Origin: Candidatus Poribacteria bacterium
GTDB lineage: Bacteria > Poribacteria > WGA-4E > PCPOR2b
DNA: 64,000 nt
Assembly (NCBI GenBank): GCA_965218095.1
Contig: OZ244587.1
Span: forward strand, 5,024,001-5,088,000
Direction: 5' to 3'
Shown in pieces: positions 53,693-62,628 of the stretch. The position numbers and the translations under genes were made by a program. The stretch's first letter is position 1. Every line of letters begins with the position of its first letter. Below the pieces are notes generated by a model. It worked only from the letters and a program-made list of their open reading frames with translations, was not told where the DNA came from and did not search any database.

Positions 53693-55105
53693 ATGCATCG
53701 AAATAAGCAGTTCGCTATTTGGATAGGAATTTTATTGTTTGCCTTTAGCCTGACGATTTATGGACAGGCTGAACAAGCCGAAATCCCACAGAGTGGAACA
53801 GCAAAAGCACTTTTATACGGCGGCCCACCTGACCCGGAAGAACTGGCGTTGAGTAAAGCAGGTCTTTCAGGGCTTGGATTAACTTTCATTGATGGTGACC
53901 CGTTCTTCCGATTCCAATTGCAGCCGGATATAGATCTCGGCAAAGTTGGGCTTGGACTGGATGTTGTGCTACTTTACAACCCAGAACCCGATCCGAAGCC
54001 TGATGGCACCGAGGGAGATAAAATTCTCGCCGAAGATGGCGAAGAGTGGGATAACATAAGTACCATCCTGCGAGTTGTTCGCTATGTGCGGTATGGGCAT
54101 CTTGGTGAGCCGTTTTATGCCCGCTTTGGTGAGTTAGACTATGTCACTATTGGTCATGGATTCATCATGTCCGGCTACTCGAACTACGATCGGCGAGGTT
54201 TGCGCCTGAACCTCAGCACGAAAACGAAGAAGGTTGGCATAGAAACGGTTATCAACAACCTCGGCGATCCAACCGTCTTTGGCGGGCGAGTGTTTGTTCG
54301 ACCCTTGCAAGAGGAGGAGGGCGGCACGCAAATCCTCAACAGCCTTGAATTCGGCGCAACCTATTTGACGGACATCGATCCGCAGCCGCTCGTTGAAGGC
54401 GAGGATCTGCTTATCGCATTGGGCGCCGATGTCGGCCTCCCGCTCATTAACAACAAGCTCCTGCGCGTAGACCTGTACGATGACGTGGCTTTCCTGAACA
54501 CAAAATCGAAGGTGGATGGATCTGGGGAAACCGAAATCGCGACGGGAAACGCCGTCGGACTCGGTGCGTCGATCTCTAAAGCCTTGTTCAAGGTGGAGTA
54601 TCGTATCTTTGGCGAAGGATTCCAGCCAACCATTTTTGACTACACCTACGATTCTGCCAAGCCCGACTTTCTGGGAATGAATGACGATGATGACGGCGAA
54701 GCAAAACAGGGCTACTTCTCAATGCTTGCCGTGAAGCCGATCTCAAAGGTCGATTTCCTGGCGACTTTTGAGGACTATACGACCACAGAGCCGAAGCTAT
54801 ACGCCGGCATTACGGAATCCGGTTTAGTAGACAAGCTGTCATTCCGGGCATTTTACGTCAAGCGCAACATCGGCGAGCCAGATAAAAAAGGGAGTGAAGA
54901 CCCAGGCTTTTTCAAAGATCTCTTCCGCCTCGATAATAAATCCGCGTTCATCGTGCGACTCGGATATGAGATCATTCCCAGGTTTGAAGTTGCTATTATT
55001 CGTGAATACCGTTTCCAGCAGGTGGAAGATATAGACAGAGGGACACACTTCAAACCAATCCACAAGACCTCGGTTGAGGCTGGTTTCAATCTCAATTTTC
55101 GATAG
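53693..55105 (+). CDS. Secreted protein, probable outer-membrane beta-barrel
   Basis: Signal peptide, amphipathic strands, terminal EAGFNLNFR. Confidence 0.7.
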   Translation: MHRNKQFAIWIGILLFAFSLTIYGQAEQAEIPQSGTAKALLYGGPPDPEELALSKAGLSGLGLTFIDGDPFFRFQLQPDIDLGKVGLGLDVVLLYNPEPDPKPDGTEGDKILAEDGEEWDNISTILRVVRYVRYGHLGEPFYARFGELDYVTIGHGFIMSGYSNYDRRGLRLNLSTKTKKVGIETVINNLGDPTVFGGRVFVRPLQEEEGGTQILNSLEFGATYLTDIDPQPLVEGEDLLIALGADVGLPLINNKLLRVDLYDDVAFLNTKSKVDGSGETEIATGNAVGLGASISKALFKVEYRIFGEGFQPTIFDYTYDSAKPDFLGMNDDDDGEAKQGYFSMLAVKPISKVDFLATFEDYTTTEPKLYAGITESGLVDKLSFRAFYVKRNIGEPDKKGSEDPGFFKDLFRLDNKSAFIVRLGYEIIPRFEVAIIREYRFQQVEDIDRGTHFKPIHKTSVEAGFNLNFR

Positions 55106-55302
55106 TTCGTAGATTCTAAACAACCCCAGATAAATGGATGTTTCCTTATCCATTTTGTAATGCCACTTTTATGGAAGTATGAAAGGAAAAGAGGGAGAGG
55201 AAGGAATGGAAGGAGAGAAGTAAGATTCTGTCTTCCTTCCTTTTCTTTCCGTCTTCTGGCAAAAATAGACCTCTACGGATTGCCAAATTAGCAATTCTAA
55301 CA

Positions 55303-56061
55303 ATGAACGGATGGCTAGAACCCCTGATCACGTTTATCTACCCTACGAAATGCCGACGCTGTGAGATGCCGATGGGCGTTGGTCAGGTTCGCTACCTTTG
55401 CGATGACTGTTGGCAACAGATTGAATTTCTCAAAACCCCGTGGTGTGAAATCTGTGGAACGCCTCTCAGCCTTCCACGTCACTCGCCTCAACACCGTAAT
55501 CTGATCTGTACCGATTGTCGAGAGCAACCACCGTTGTATGGCAAATTTCGCACGATTGCTTTTTACGAACCCACCCTGCGCGAAGCCATCCATCTTTTGA
55601 AATATAACAAAAAACAGATCTTCGCAAAGCATCTGATCCAATTGCTGCAAGCGCATTTCCCAGAAGATCTCGCTAACATAGCCTACGATGCTCTAATCCC
55701 AATTCCCCTCCACTCCAACCGTTTCCGCGACAGAGGATTTAACCAATCGGAGCAAATTGCTCAAGGCGTCGCACAAGTTTGGGGTATACCAATCCGCACC
55801 GATATTCTCGTCCGTATCAGGGATACGGCCCCACAAAGCAGTCTAAGCTCTCGCGAAGAACGTATGAAAAATACCGCGGGGGCTTTTGAGATTCGTTTGC
55901 CGTATTTAATCCAAGATCGAAAAATCTTACTAATCGACGATATTTTTACGACAGGGACAACGATCAATGAGGCGTTGAAGGTTCTGCGGACAGCGAACCC
56001 TGAGTGTGTTGATGTGTTGACGCTTACCCGCACAAAGCCAAACAGCGTAAAAAAGGATTGA
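55303..56061 (+). CDS. comF: ComF family protein (double Zn ribbon + PRTase)
   Basis: YPTKCRRC..CEICG..CTDC; PIPLH..RGFNQSE; LLIDDIFTTGTT. Confidence 0.9.
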   Translation: MNGWLEPLITFIYPTKCRRCEMPMGVGQVRYLCDDCWQQIEFLKTPWCEICGTPLSLPRHSPQHRNLICTDCREQPPLYGKFRTIAFYEPTLREAIHLLKYNKKQIFAKHLIQLLQAHFPEDLANIAYDALIPIPLHSNRFRDRGFNQSEQIAQGVAQVWGIPIRTDILVRIRDTAPQSSLSSREERMKNTAGAFEIRLPYLIQDRKILLIDDIFTTGTTINEALKVLRTANPECVDVLTLTRTKPNSVKKD

Positions 56062-56106
56062 TCAAAAACAGGTCTTGTGATATAATGCTAAACCATTATC
56101 AAACTA

Positions 56107-56926
56107 GGTTCTGTTGACATTTGAGTATAAGGTTGTGGCATAATAGAAGAATGATGCCAATAACCTTACCCGATGACCAATGGAAAAAGATATACTCGTT
56201 TCTTCTAACTTGTCCCACCATCTATGTTGGCAACGAAGCGACAACACGCCGCTTTATCGAAACTGTTCTCTGGGCGACCCGTAGCGGTGCTCAATGGAGA
56301 CTTCTGCCAGACACCTATGGTAAATCGAACACCCTCTATAAGCGGTTTGCTCGGTGGTGCGACAAAGGGGTCTTCACACAGATCCACCCCCACTTCGCCG
56401 CCGACCCCGATATCGAGTCGCTTATTGTGGACAGTACAATCATTCGAGCGCACCCGTGTGCGGCGGGTGCCGAAAAAAAAAGGGTGGCACTGAAAATCAA
56501 GCGTTAGGCTGCTCTCGCGGGGGATTCAGTACAAAAATTCACATCACAGTTGACGGCCTGGGTAATCCCCTAAGAATACATCTGACGCCCGGTCAAAGAA
56601 ACGACATAGCGGAAGCAGAAGGGTTGATACTTGGATATAAAAGCGAGTATGTGATTGGAGACAAGGGATATGACTCCGACAATTTTATCGCTGTTATTGA
56701 GGCGAATGGAGCGATTGCGGTGATACCGCCCAAAAGTCATCGTGTGGATCAAAGAGATTACGACAAACATCTGTACAAAGAGAGACATCGGGTTGAATGT
56801 TTCATTAACAAGATAAAATGGTATCGCCGCATCTTCTCTCGGTTCGAGAAGTTAGCTATCCGTTATTTTGGATTTCTCAGCTTTGTCTCCACTCTTATAT
56901 GGCTCCCTTGAAATGTCAACAGAACC
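56107..56926 (+). mobile_element. Intact IS5-family (IS427-like) element, two ORFs joined by probable -1 frameshift
   Basis: Perfect TIR GGTTCTGTTGACATTT; TA flanks; A-run at ~56473; VDST..HPCAAG / SRGGFSTKIH..GDKGYDS..ERHRVE. Confidence 0.92.
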
Positions 56927-57156
56927 TAGCACCATTAGTTATTAAGGAGCCTCTTGCAGCAACGATCAATGACGGGGCGTCCAAGATGGGCTCGTCTTCC
57001 GCTACCTCGATTTTAGGATTGGTTACAACCGGCGACGCGAGCATAGATGCGGCTGCAAAGGCTGGTGGAATTACCAAAATCCACCACGTTGATTTCCAAA
57101 TGAAAAGCATCCTGTTCTTTTATATGAAGGCGACTGTCACCGTATATGGGGAGTAA
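56927..57156 (+). pseudogene. TRL-like family lipoprotein, 5' part missing
   Basis: KMGSSSATSILGLVTTGDASIDAAAKAGGITKIHHVD..TVYGE; hairpin at ~57211-57249. Confidence 0.75.
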
Positions 57157-57291
57157 ACGAATCGCCAAAGAAACGTATACGGTCGATGGCGATCTATCAG
57201 ATATAATCTCAAGCCCTTGCATGGTTCATCTCCATGCGAGGGCTTCTTTTTGATTATAAAAATCTGGGATGGTTCAAACACATATCACATC

Positions 57292-58074
57292 CTATACCTC
57301 AATCGCCCCATCAAACTCCCGATCAATCTTAATCATCCCTTTCGCTGCGAAACTGCGGATGAGGCTCACGATTGATTGTTTCGCCGTGTCAGCAACCTGT
57401 GTTTGTTTAAAAGTCAACTGACCCATTTTCGTTTCCACATCGGCTGCTGATTCCGCCGATAGGTTGCGCAGGGATTTGTCTCGAATCGTTGACGGGGCAT
57501 CATGAAGCGCTAGAGCAATCGTGCTTGCATCCAGCACCTGCAAGATCGCGCGGACGGCAGAATCGTTCAAAGTTGCCAGATCTTTGAAGGTAAAGATCTG
57601 CTCGTGAATCTGGTTGACCAAATCAGGTTGCCTTTCCGCCAGGGATTCCAACAACCGATTTTGTTCATCGATTTTCATCTGAGACATCAGTCTGACGAGG
57701 TTCGACGCCCCATCACCAAAAACAGTGGTGTGCTTCGCCGCCGTGACGATTCGCTCCGTCAAGCGAGTATAGATCTCCTGAACTCTTTCTGACGTTGCGA
57801 TTTCGGTCGTTGCAGCATTTTCAGCGACTGTGGTCTGTTTGGCGGGAGGGAGGTCAACGAGAATTTGGGAGGCATGTTTGGCGAGGGTCCGGGAGGCGTG
57901 TTCAAGCGCCAGCAAAAAAATAGCAAGATCTGCATCATCTTCGTCTTTGAGTGCGAGACGGACAATCCGTGCATCCGTTTTTTCGAGAAGGTCGGTCAAC
58001 TCCTCAACGGGTATGCCTTCTAAGGTTTCTTCAAACAATTCGTGCCCTCCTTTCTCCGGGAACAATTGTGCCAA
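57292..58074 (-). CDS. FliG C-terminal-like domain protein (probably 5'-truncated)
   Basis: IFTFKDLATLNDSAVRAILQ..IALAL..LRNLS..AKQSIVSLIR..GMI. Confidence 0.7.
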   Translation of the reverse strand: MAQLFPEKGGHELFEETLEGIPVEELTDLLEKTDARIVRLALKDEDDADLAIFLLALEHASRTLAKHASQILVDLPPAKQTTVAENAATTEIATSERVQEIYTRLTERIVTAAKHTTVFGDGASNLVRLMSQMKIDEQNRLLESLAERQPDLVNQIHEQIFTFKDLATLNDSAVRAILQVLDASTIALALHDAPSTIRDKSLRNLSAESAADVETKMGQLTFKQTQVADTAKQSIVSLIRSFAAKGMIKIDREFDGAIEV

Positions 58075-58077
58075 TCA

Positions 58078-58120
58078 AGGAAACGCCGGCGCTGGCATAC
58101 GTCAATCCCTGTTCAGTCAT
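58078..58120 (-). pseudogene. Stub of purM (AIR synthetase) N-terminus
   Basis: MTEQGLTYASAGVS, two genes downstream of purF, start overlapping the preceding stop. Confidence 0.5.
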
Positions 58121-58472
58121 CCGAGTTATTGGATCCCTTTCGTTTTTCCATGCACTGATTGAAGGATGCTAAACGCCGGTTGTCGATTGCAGCCATGATC
58201 GTATCCATCTTTAAAAGGGAAGCGACCAATAACACGACGCAAACCCCGACAGTGATTAACATTGCTTGCTCTGCAGCAGCCTGTGGAGACACCGTGGAGC
58301 TGACTTTTTGAACGAGAAAGATCATCGGTTGATACAGGATCATGCCGAGGATTGCGCAGATGACAATGGCATAAAAAGTGAACCTCCCCTGTGATGTTGA
58401 CATGTGTCTTCTGGCGCTCTGAAAAGGGTGGGAAGGCCCAGCTCGCCTTTCTCTTCTTAATCTGTTTTGCAT
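58113..58472 (-). CDS. Small two-TM membrane protein
   Basis: Two hydrophobic segments; GGA RBS. Confidence 0.7.
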   Translation of the reverse strand: MQNRLRRERRAGPSHPFQSARRHMSTSQGRFTFYAIVICAILGMILYQPMIFLVQKVSSTVSPQAAAEQAMLITVGVCVVLLVASLLKMDTIMAAIDNRRLASFNQCMEKRKGSNNSDD

Positions 58473-58558
58473 TGGATTTCCTCATGTATTGCGGATTGCG
58501 CAAAACGTAGAGCGGGCACATCTTTTGGACGCATATTTCTCGGTTTACGTTTTGCGCA

Positions 58559-60019
58559 TCACGTTTCACGTCCCGGTTCAGTCGTAAAATCAAGAGGAAG
58601 TTGTGGAGTTGGTTGTCCACTAAATTCAACAGGATAGTTTCCGTCAAAGCAAGCTGTGCAAAAATCCTTGGGTGATTTCGTGCACTTGAGCATGCCTTCA
58701 ATGCTGAGGTATCCCAAACTATCCGCACGAACGTATTTACAGGTTTCTTCAATTGTGTGTGAGCTGGCGATTAATTCTTTGCGTGTGGGTGTATCGATGC
58801 CGTAGAAGCAGGGAAATTTATTCGGTGGGGAGGCGATACGGACGTGAACCTCCGTGGCGCCGCCCTGGCGGACCATCTTCACAAATTTTCGGCTTTCGGT
58901 GCCCCGCATAATCGAATCATCAACCACCACAACGCGCTTGCCTTCAAGCACATCGCGAATCGGGTTCAATTTCACCTTGACCATCAGTTCACGAATCTCT
59001 TGCGAGGGGTTCATGAAGGCTCGTCCCACATAAGAATTCCGATATAGTCCGATGTCAAACGGAATGCCAGATTCCTTTGAATATCCCAATGCGGAGAGCA
59101 TCGCCGAATCCGGTACAGGAATTACGATGTCCGCATCCGCAGGGCACTCACGCGCGAGTTGCCTGCCGAGTTCACGTCTCGGACGGTTGACGAGCTCACC
59201 GAACACAACACTATCTGGGCGCGAGAGATAAATATACTCAAAAATACATTGCGCTAGATAAGGCTGTGTCTGACCAAATATGAACGATTGCGGTTCTCCA
59301 GCCGTGCTGGTAATAATAACCATTTCGCCGGGAGTAATCTCACGGATCGGCTCCGCTTCAATGACATCGAAAGCACAGGTTTCAGAAGCGAGAACGTACG
59401 CATCATCAGCACGGCCCAACCAGAGTGGACGGAAACCGTAAACATCCCGGACGCCAATCAGGATAGATTTTCCCATACAGATGAGTGAGTAAGCGCCACG
59501 AACCTCTTTCAGGGCATCCATGATCCGATCTTCCAGCAACATCTGTTGAGAGCGGGCAATGAGGTGGGCGATAACTTCTGTATCGGAAGTGGATCTAAAG
59601 ATTGAACCTATGTCTTCGAGGTCATTGCGGATGCGCTGGGCGTTAACAAGATTTCCGTTGTGTGCAATTGCGAGGGGACCTCGCTTGTATTCCCAAATCA
59701 TCGGCTGTGCGTTCTGGAGATTGCTTGCTCCCATTGTCGAATACCGATTGTGCCCGATTGCAATGTTTCCCTCCAGATTTGCCAACGTATCCGAATCAAA
59801 GATGTTCGCAACAAGCCCCATGCCATGACGATGAGAAAACAAATGACCATCTGAAGCGACGATTCCAGCACTTTCCTGACCACGATGCTGAAGGGCGCGT
59901 AAGCCCAGGTAAGTGAATTCGACTGCTTTTGGGTGTCCCAAAATGCCGAAAACCCCACACTCCTCCTTTGGCTTATCATCAAATGCATCAAAATATTCCA
60001 TATTTGGATGATTCTCCAA
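58559..60019 (-). CDS. purF: Amidophosphoribosyltransferase
   Basis: EECGVFG, LQHRGQE, HNRYST, HNGNL, VDDSIMRG, YGID. Confidence 0.97.
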   Translation of the reverse strand: MENHPNMEYFDAFDDKPKEECGVFGILGHPKAVEFTYLGLRALQHRGQESAGIVASDGHLFSHRHGMGLVANIFDSDTLANLEGNIAIGHNRYSTMGASNLQNAQPMIWEYKRGPLAIAHNGNLVNAQRIRNDLEDIGSIFRSTSDTEVIAHLIARSQQMLLEDRIMDALKEVRGAYSLICMGKSILIGVRDVYGFRPLWLGRADDAYVLASETCAFDVIEAEPIREITPGEMVIITSTAGEPQSFIFGQTQPYLAQCIFEYIYLSRPDSVVFGELVNRPRRELGRQLARECPADADIVIPVPDSAMLSALGYSKESGIPFDIGLYRNSYVGRAFMNPSQEIRELMVKVKLNPIRDVLEGKRVVVVDDSIMRGTESRKFVKMVRQGGATEVHVRIASPPNKFPCFYGIDTPTRKELIASSHTIEETCKYVRADSLGYLSIEGMLKCTKSPKDFCTACFDGNYPVEFSGQPTPQLPLDFTTEPGRET

Positions 60020-60020
60020 T

Positions 60021-60641
60021 TTATCGAGTTTTCCGCCATCGCATGGCGGCTGAAAATCTTGATAATGCTGGGATTTGGGTTAGATCTGATCTGACGATGT
60101 TCGCGTCCGTTCCGACGAGTCTATAGCCAAGAATTGCCCCAATCGGCGCAGCAACGATGTACAATAGTTCGGGAGGACATTTTATCGCTAGCAGTATGCG
60201 AAGTGGTAGAGATACAATAAAGGCAAGCAACTGCGCTATAGCTAACAGCAGGTAAAACAGTAAGTTCGAGGCAACCAGCGTTTCCCAATGAATATTCAGC
60301 AGTAACATCAACGCAACTATGGCTGGTGCGCCAAGAAAAGTGCCTTGATAGGTGCTCTTGCGACCTATGCTAACGCCAAACCGGCGTCCGGCAAATATGA
60401 CGCCTTCAGCAACACCGGCAATGGCGCTCCCGTAGGTCACACCAAAGGAGATGAGCAGGACTAAACCCACCCAAAAACCGGACTGTACGCGATCGCCGAT
60501 TAAGCCTTTCCAGACGAGCTGTTCTACTAGGAAGAAGCAGAGCCAGCCGCTCACTAACCCGATAAAACTACCTGATACAATCTGGCTTGCTGTAAGAGCA
60601 ATTGTGTTTTTTCGAAGCATACAAATCTCCTGAGAGATCAA
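60021..60641 (-). CDS. Hypothetical integral membrane protein
   Basis: Several TM helices; directly upstream of purF. Confidence 0.7.
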   Translation of the reverse strand: MISQEICMLRKNTIALTASQIVSGSFIGLVSGWLCFFLVEQLVWKGLIGDRVQSGFWVGLVLLISFGVTYGSAIAGVAEGVIFAGRRFGVSIGRKSTYQGTFLGAPAIVALMLLLNIHWETLVASNLLFYLLLAIAQLLAFIVSLPLRILLAIKCPPELLYIVAAPIGAILGYRLVGTDANIVRSDLTQIPALSRFSAAMRWRKTR

Positions 60642-60972
60642 GATTTTATGGGGAGATTATATCATGGTGTTGTACTTCTGTCAACCTGAAGTGGGAACGT
60701 GAAACGTAAAACGTGAAGATGGCGCCTGCCCGCTTACTCACTTTGCAGGGCAATTTTGCAAATGCAGACTTACGCAGTTCATTATCGTACCAACCGCGTA
60801 ATTTCTAAGATTATTGCATCCTAAAGACCTTACAAACCTCAACGATTGGCATTTAAGATCCCTCCTTACCAAAAAGTGACTTTATTATACCAGACGGGTG
60901 AAGTCGGTAGCAAATCTCTTGATTTCCGTTCAAAGATCTGTTAAGATACATCGCTGAATTCCAAAATGAGAG

Positions 60973-61779
60973 ATGCGAATTATTTCGGTCCCATGCAAAC
61001 CTTTTCAAGGGTTAAATAGGTTAGAAATGGAAACCTGCTGCATCGATCTTGAAATTGCACCAATTGGCAAAATCCCGATTTTCCTCAAGAAGTGGGGACG
61101 TGGGCCCAAAGTGTTGCTCGTGCACGGCTGGCTGTCCAGCAGTCGGAGATGGCATCATTTTGGTGAGCATTTTGCACGACACTACGAAGTATGGGCGCTG
61201 GATCTGCCCGCGTCTGGAGAAACACCGGCACTTCCACAACATCATACAACACTAGAGACTTACGCAGAAATTCTCGCCAGACTCATCAACCACCTTACGG
61301 ATGGAAAAAGATTACACAGTTTAGTGGGACATTCGATGGGCGGGCTGCTCTCACTCCTCTCGATTCAGAATCACCCTAGCTTCTGCACGTGCGTGATCGT
61401 ATGTGGCGCCCCTGTGGTAGGGGTTAGATACCTCAAGCCCCTCACAGATCTCGAAGACTTTGTCGCAAAGTGTCTTCTTACAGCGCAATCGCTGCCGATA
61501 GTGCGAAAGTGTATCGGAGATGCCAATGTACATGCTGCGGCAGTCCTTCTGAAGCAGCTTTGTGCATGTAATGTTTTGAACCAACTCAAGCCAAGCCCAG
61601 CGAACGTACTTGTTGCCCGTGGAGAACATGATCCTTATCTTTCTCCCACAGCCGCCGAGCAGTTAGCCGAAAAGCTCGGCGGATTATTTTACGAATTTCA
61701 GGGGGCGTATCACTCCCCAATGACTGAACAACCGGACGATTTTCATCGGGTGGCTGGAGGTTTCTTGGATAAAGCGTAA
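60973..61779 (+). CDS. Alpha/beta hydrolase
   Basis: LLVHGW, LDLP, GHSMGG, GEHD, H-SP. Confidence 0.88.
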   Translation: MRIISVPCKPFQGLNRLEMETCCIDLEIAPIGKIPIFLKKWGRGPKVLLVHGWLSSSRRWHHFGEHFARHYEVWALDLPASGETPALPQHHTTLETYAEILARLINHLTDGKRLHSLVGHSMGGLLSLLSIQNHPSFCTCVIVCGAPVVGVRYLKPLTDLEDFVAKCLLTAQSLPIVRKCIGDANVHAAAVLLKQLCACNVLNQLKPSPANVLVARGEHDPYLSPTAAEQLAEKLGGLFYEFQGAYHSPMTEQPDDFHRVAGGFLDKA

Positions 61780-61885
61780 TGGAATTTCATGGAGTACAGA
61801 TCGTTCGGCTTCACTCAGGAGGTCATTACTTGCTTCGCGGATTCGCCTGTTTTTAACCGCAATCTTCCCGATGAAAGGAGTATCT

Positions 61886-62521
61886 ATGGATGATCTACTG
61901 TTTCAATCTGGTGAAAAAGTGCTTTTTATTGGCGACAGCATTACCGACTGCGGGCGTCGCGGCGACCATGCCCCCCTTGGCAATGGCTATGTGAGACGTA
62001 TAACTGAGCTAATCACCGCGAAGTATCCTGAACGTCGAATCGAATATGTCAACAGAGGCATTGGCGGCGATGTTGTTGAAGGGTTGGAAGCGCGGTGGGA
62101 AGCGGACGTAATCGCCGAAAAACCGAACTGGCTTTCGGTCAAGATCGGCATTAACAACGCTAGCCGACAACTGAATGCCGGTATTCCAAACGAAGAATAT
62201 CTCCCGGAGTGGGAGGCGTGCTATCGACGCATCCTGGCGCGTGCGCGAGATGAATTGAATGCAGAACTTTTTATGTTCGAGCTCTTTTATATTGAGGAAG
62301 ATGTCGAGGCGCCACGCCCGTTGGCTGTCGATGCCTACAATGAGATTATTCATCGACTCGCTGACGAATTTAACGCGCGATCGATCCGGACCAACGAAGC
62401 GTTTGATCGCGCTGTGGCTGTATGTCCGGGCGCATTGTGGACGACGCAGGATGGCGTTCACCCCAATCCGGAGGGTCATACACTGATGGCGTTGGAGTTT
62501 CTCAAACAGGTGGGCTGGTAG
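61886..62521 (+). CDS. SGNH/GDSL hydrolase
   Basis: FIGDSIT, NRGIGG, IGINN, DGVHP. Confidence 0.92.
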   Translation: MDDLLFQSGEKVLFIGDSITDCGRRGDHAPLGNGYVRRITELITAKYPERRIEYVNRGIGGDVVEGLEARWEADVIAEKPNWLSVKIGINNASRQLNAGIPNEEYLPEWEACYRRILARARDELNAELFMFELFYIEEDVEAPRPLAVDAYNEIIHRLADEFNARSIRTNEAFDRAVAVCPGALWTTQDGVHPNPEGHTLMALEFLKQVGW

Positions 62522-62628
62522 AGCGTGAAACGTGATGCGTAACAGGGATTCAAATGGCATCCCCGCCTCCCTATATCCTCGTATCACAGCTAGCTTTCAA
62601 ACAACAATGGAGAAGGTGAGAAACGGAT

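Noticed and set aside
57292-58074. Functional flagellar fliG
   Set aside because: No FliG N-terminal domain, no clear start and no flagellar neighbours
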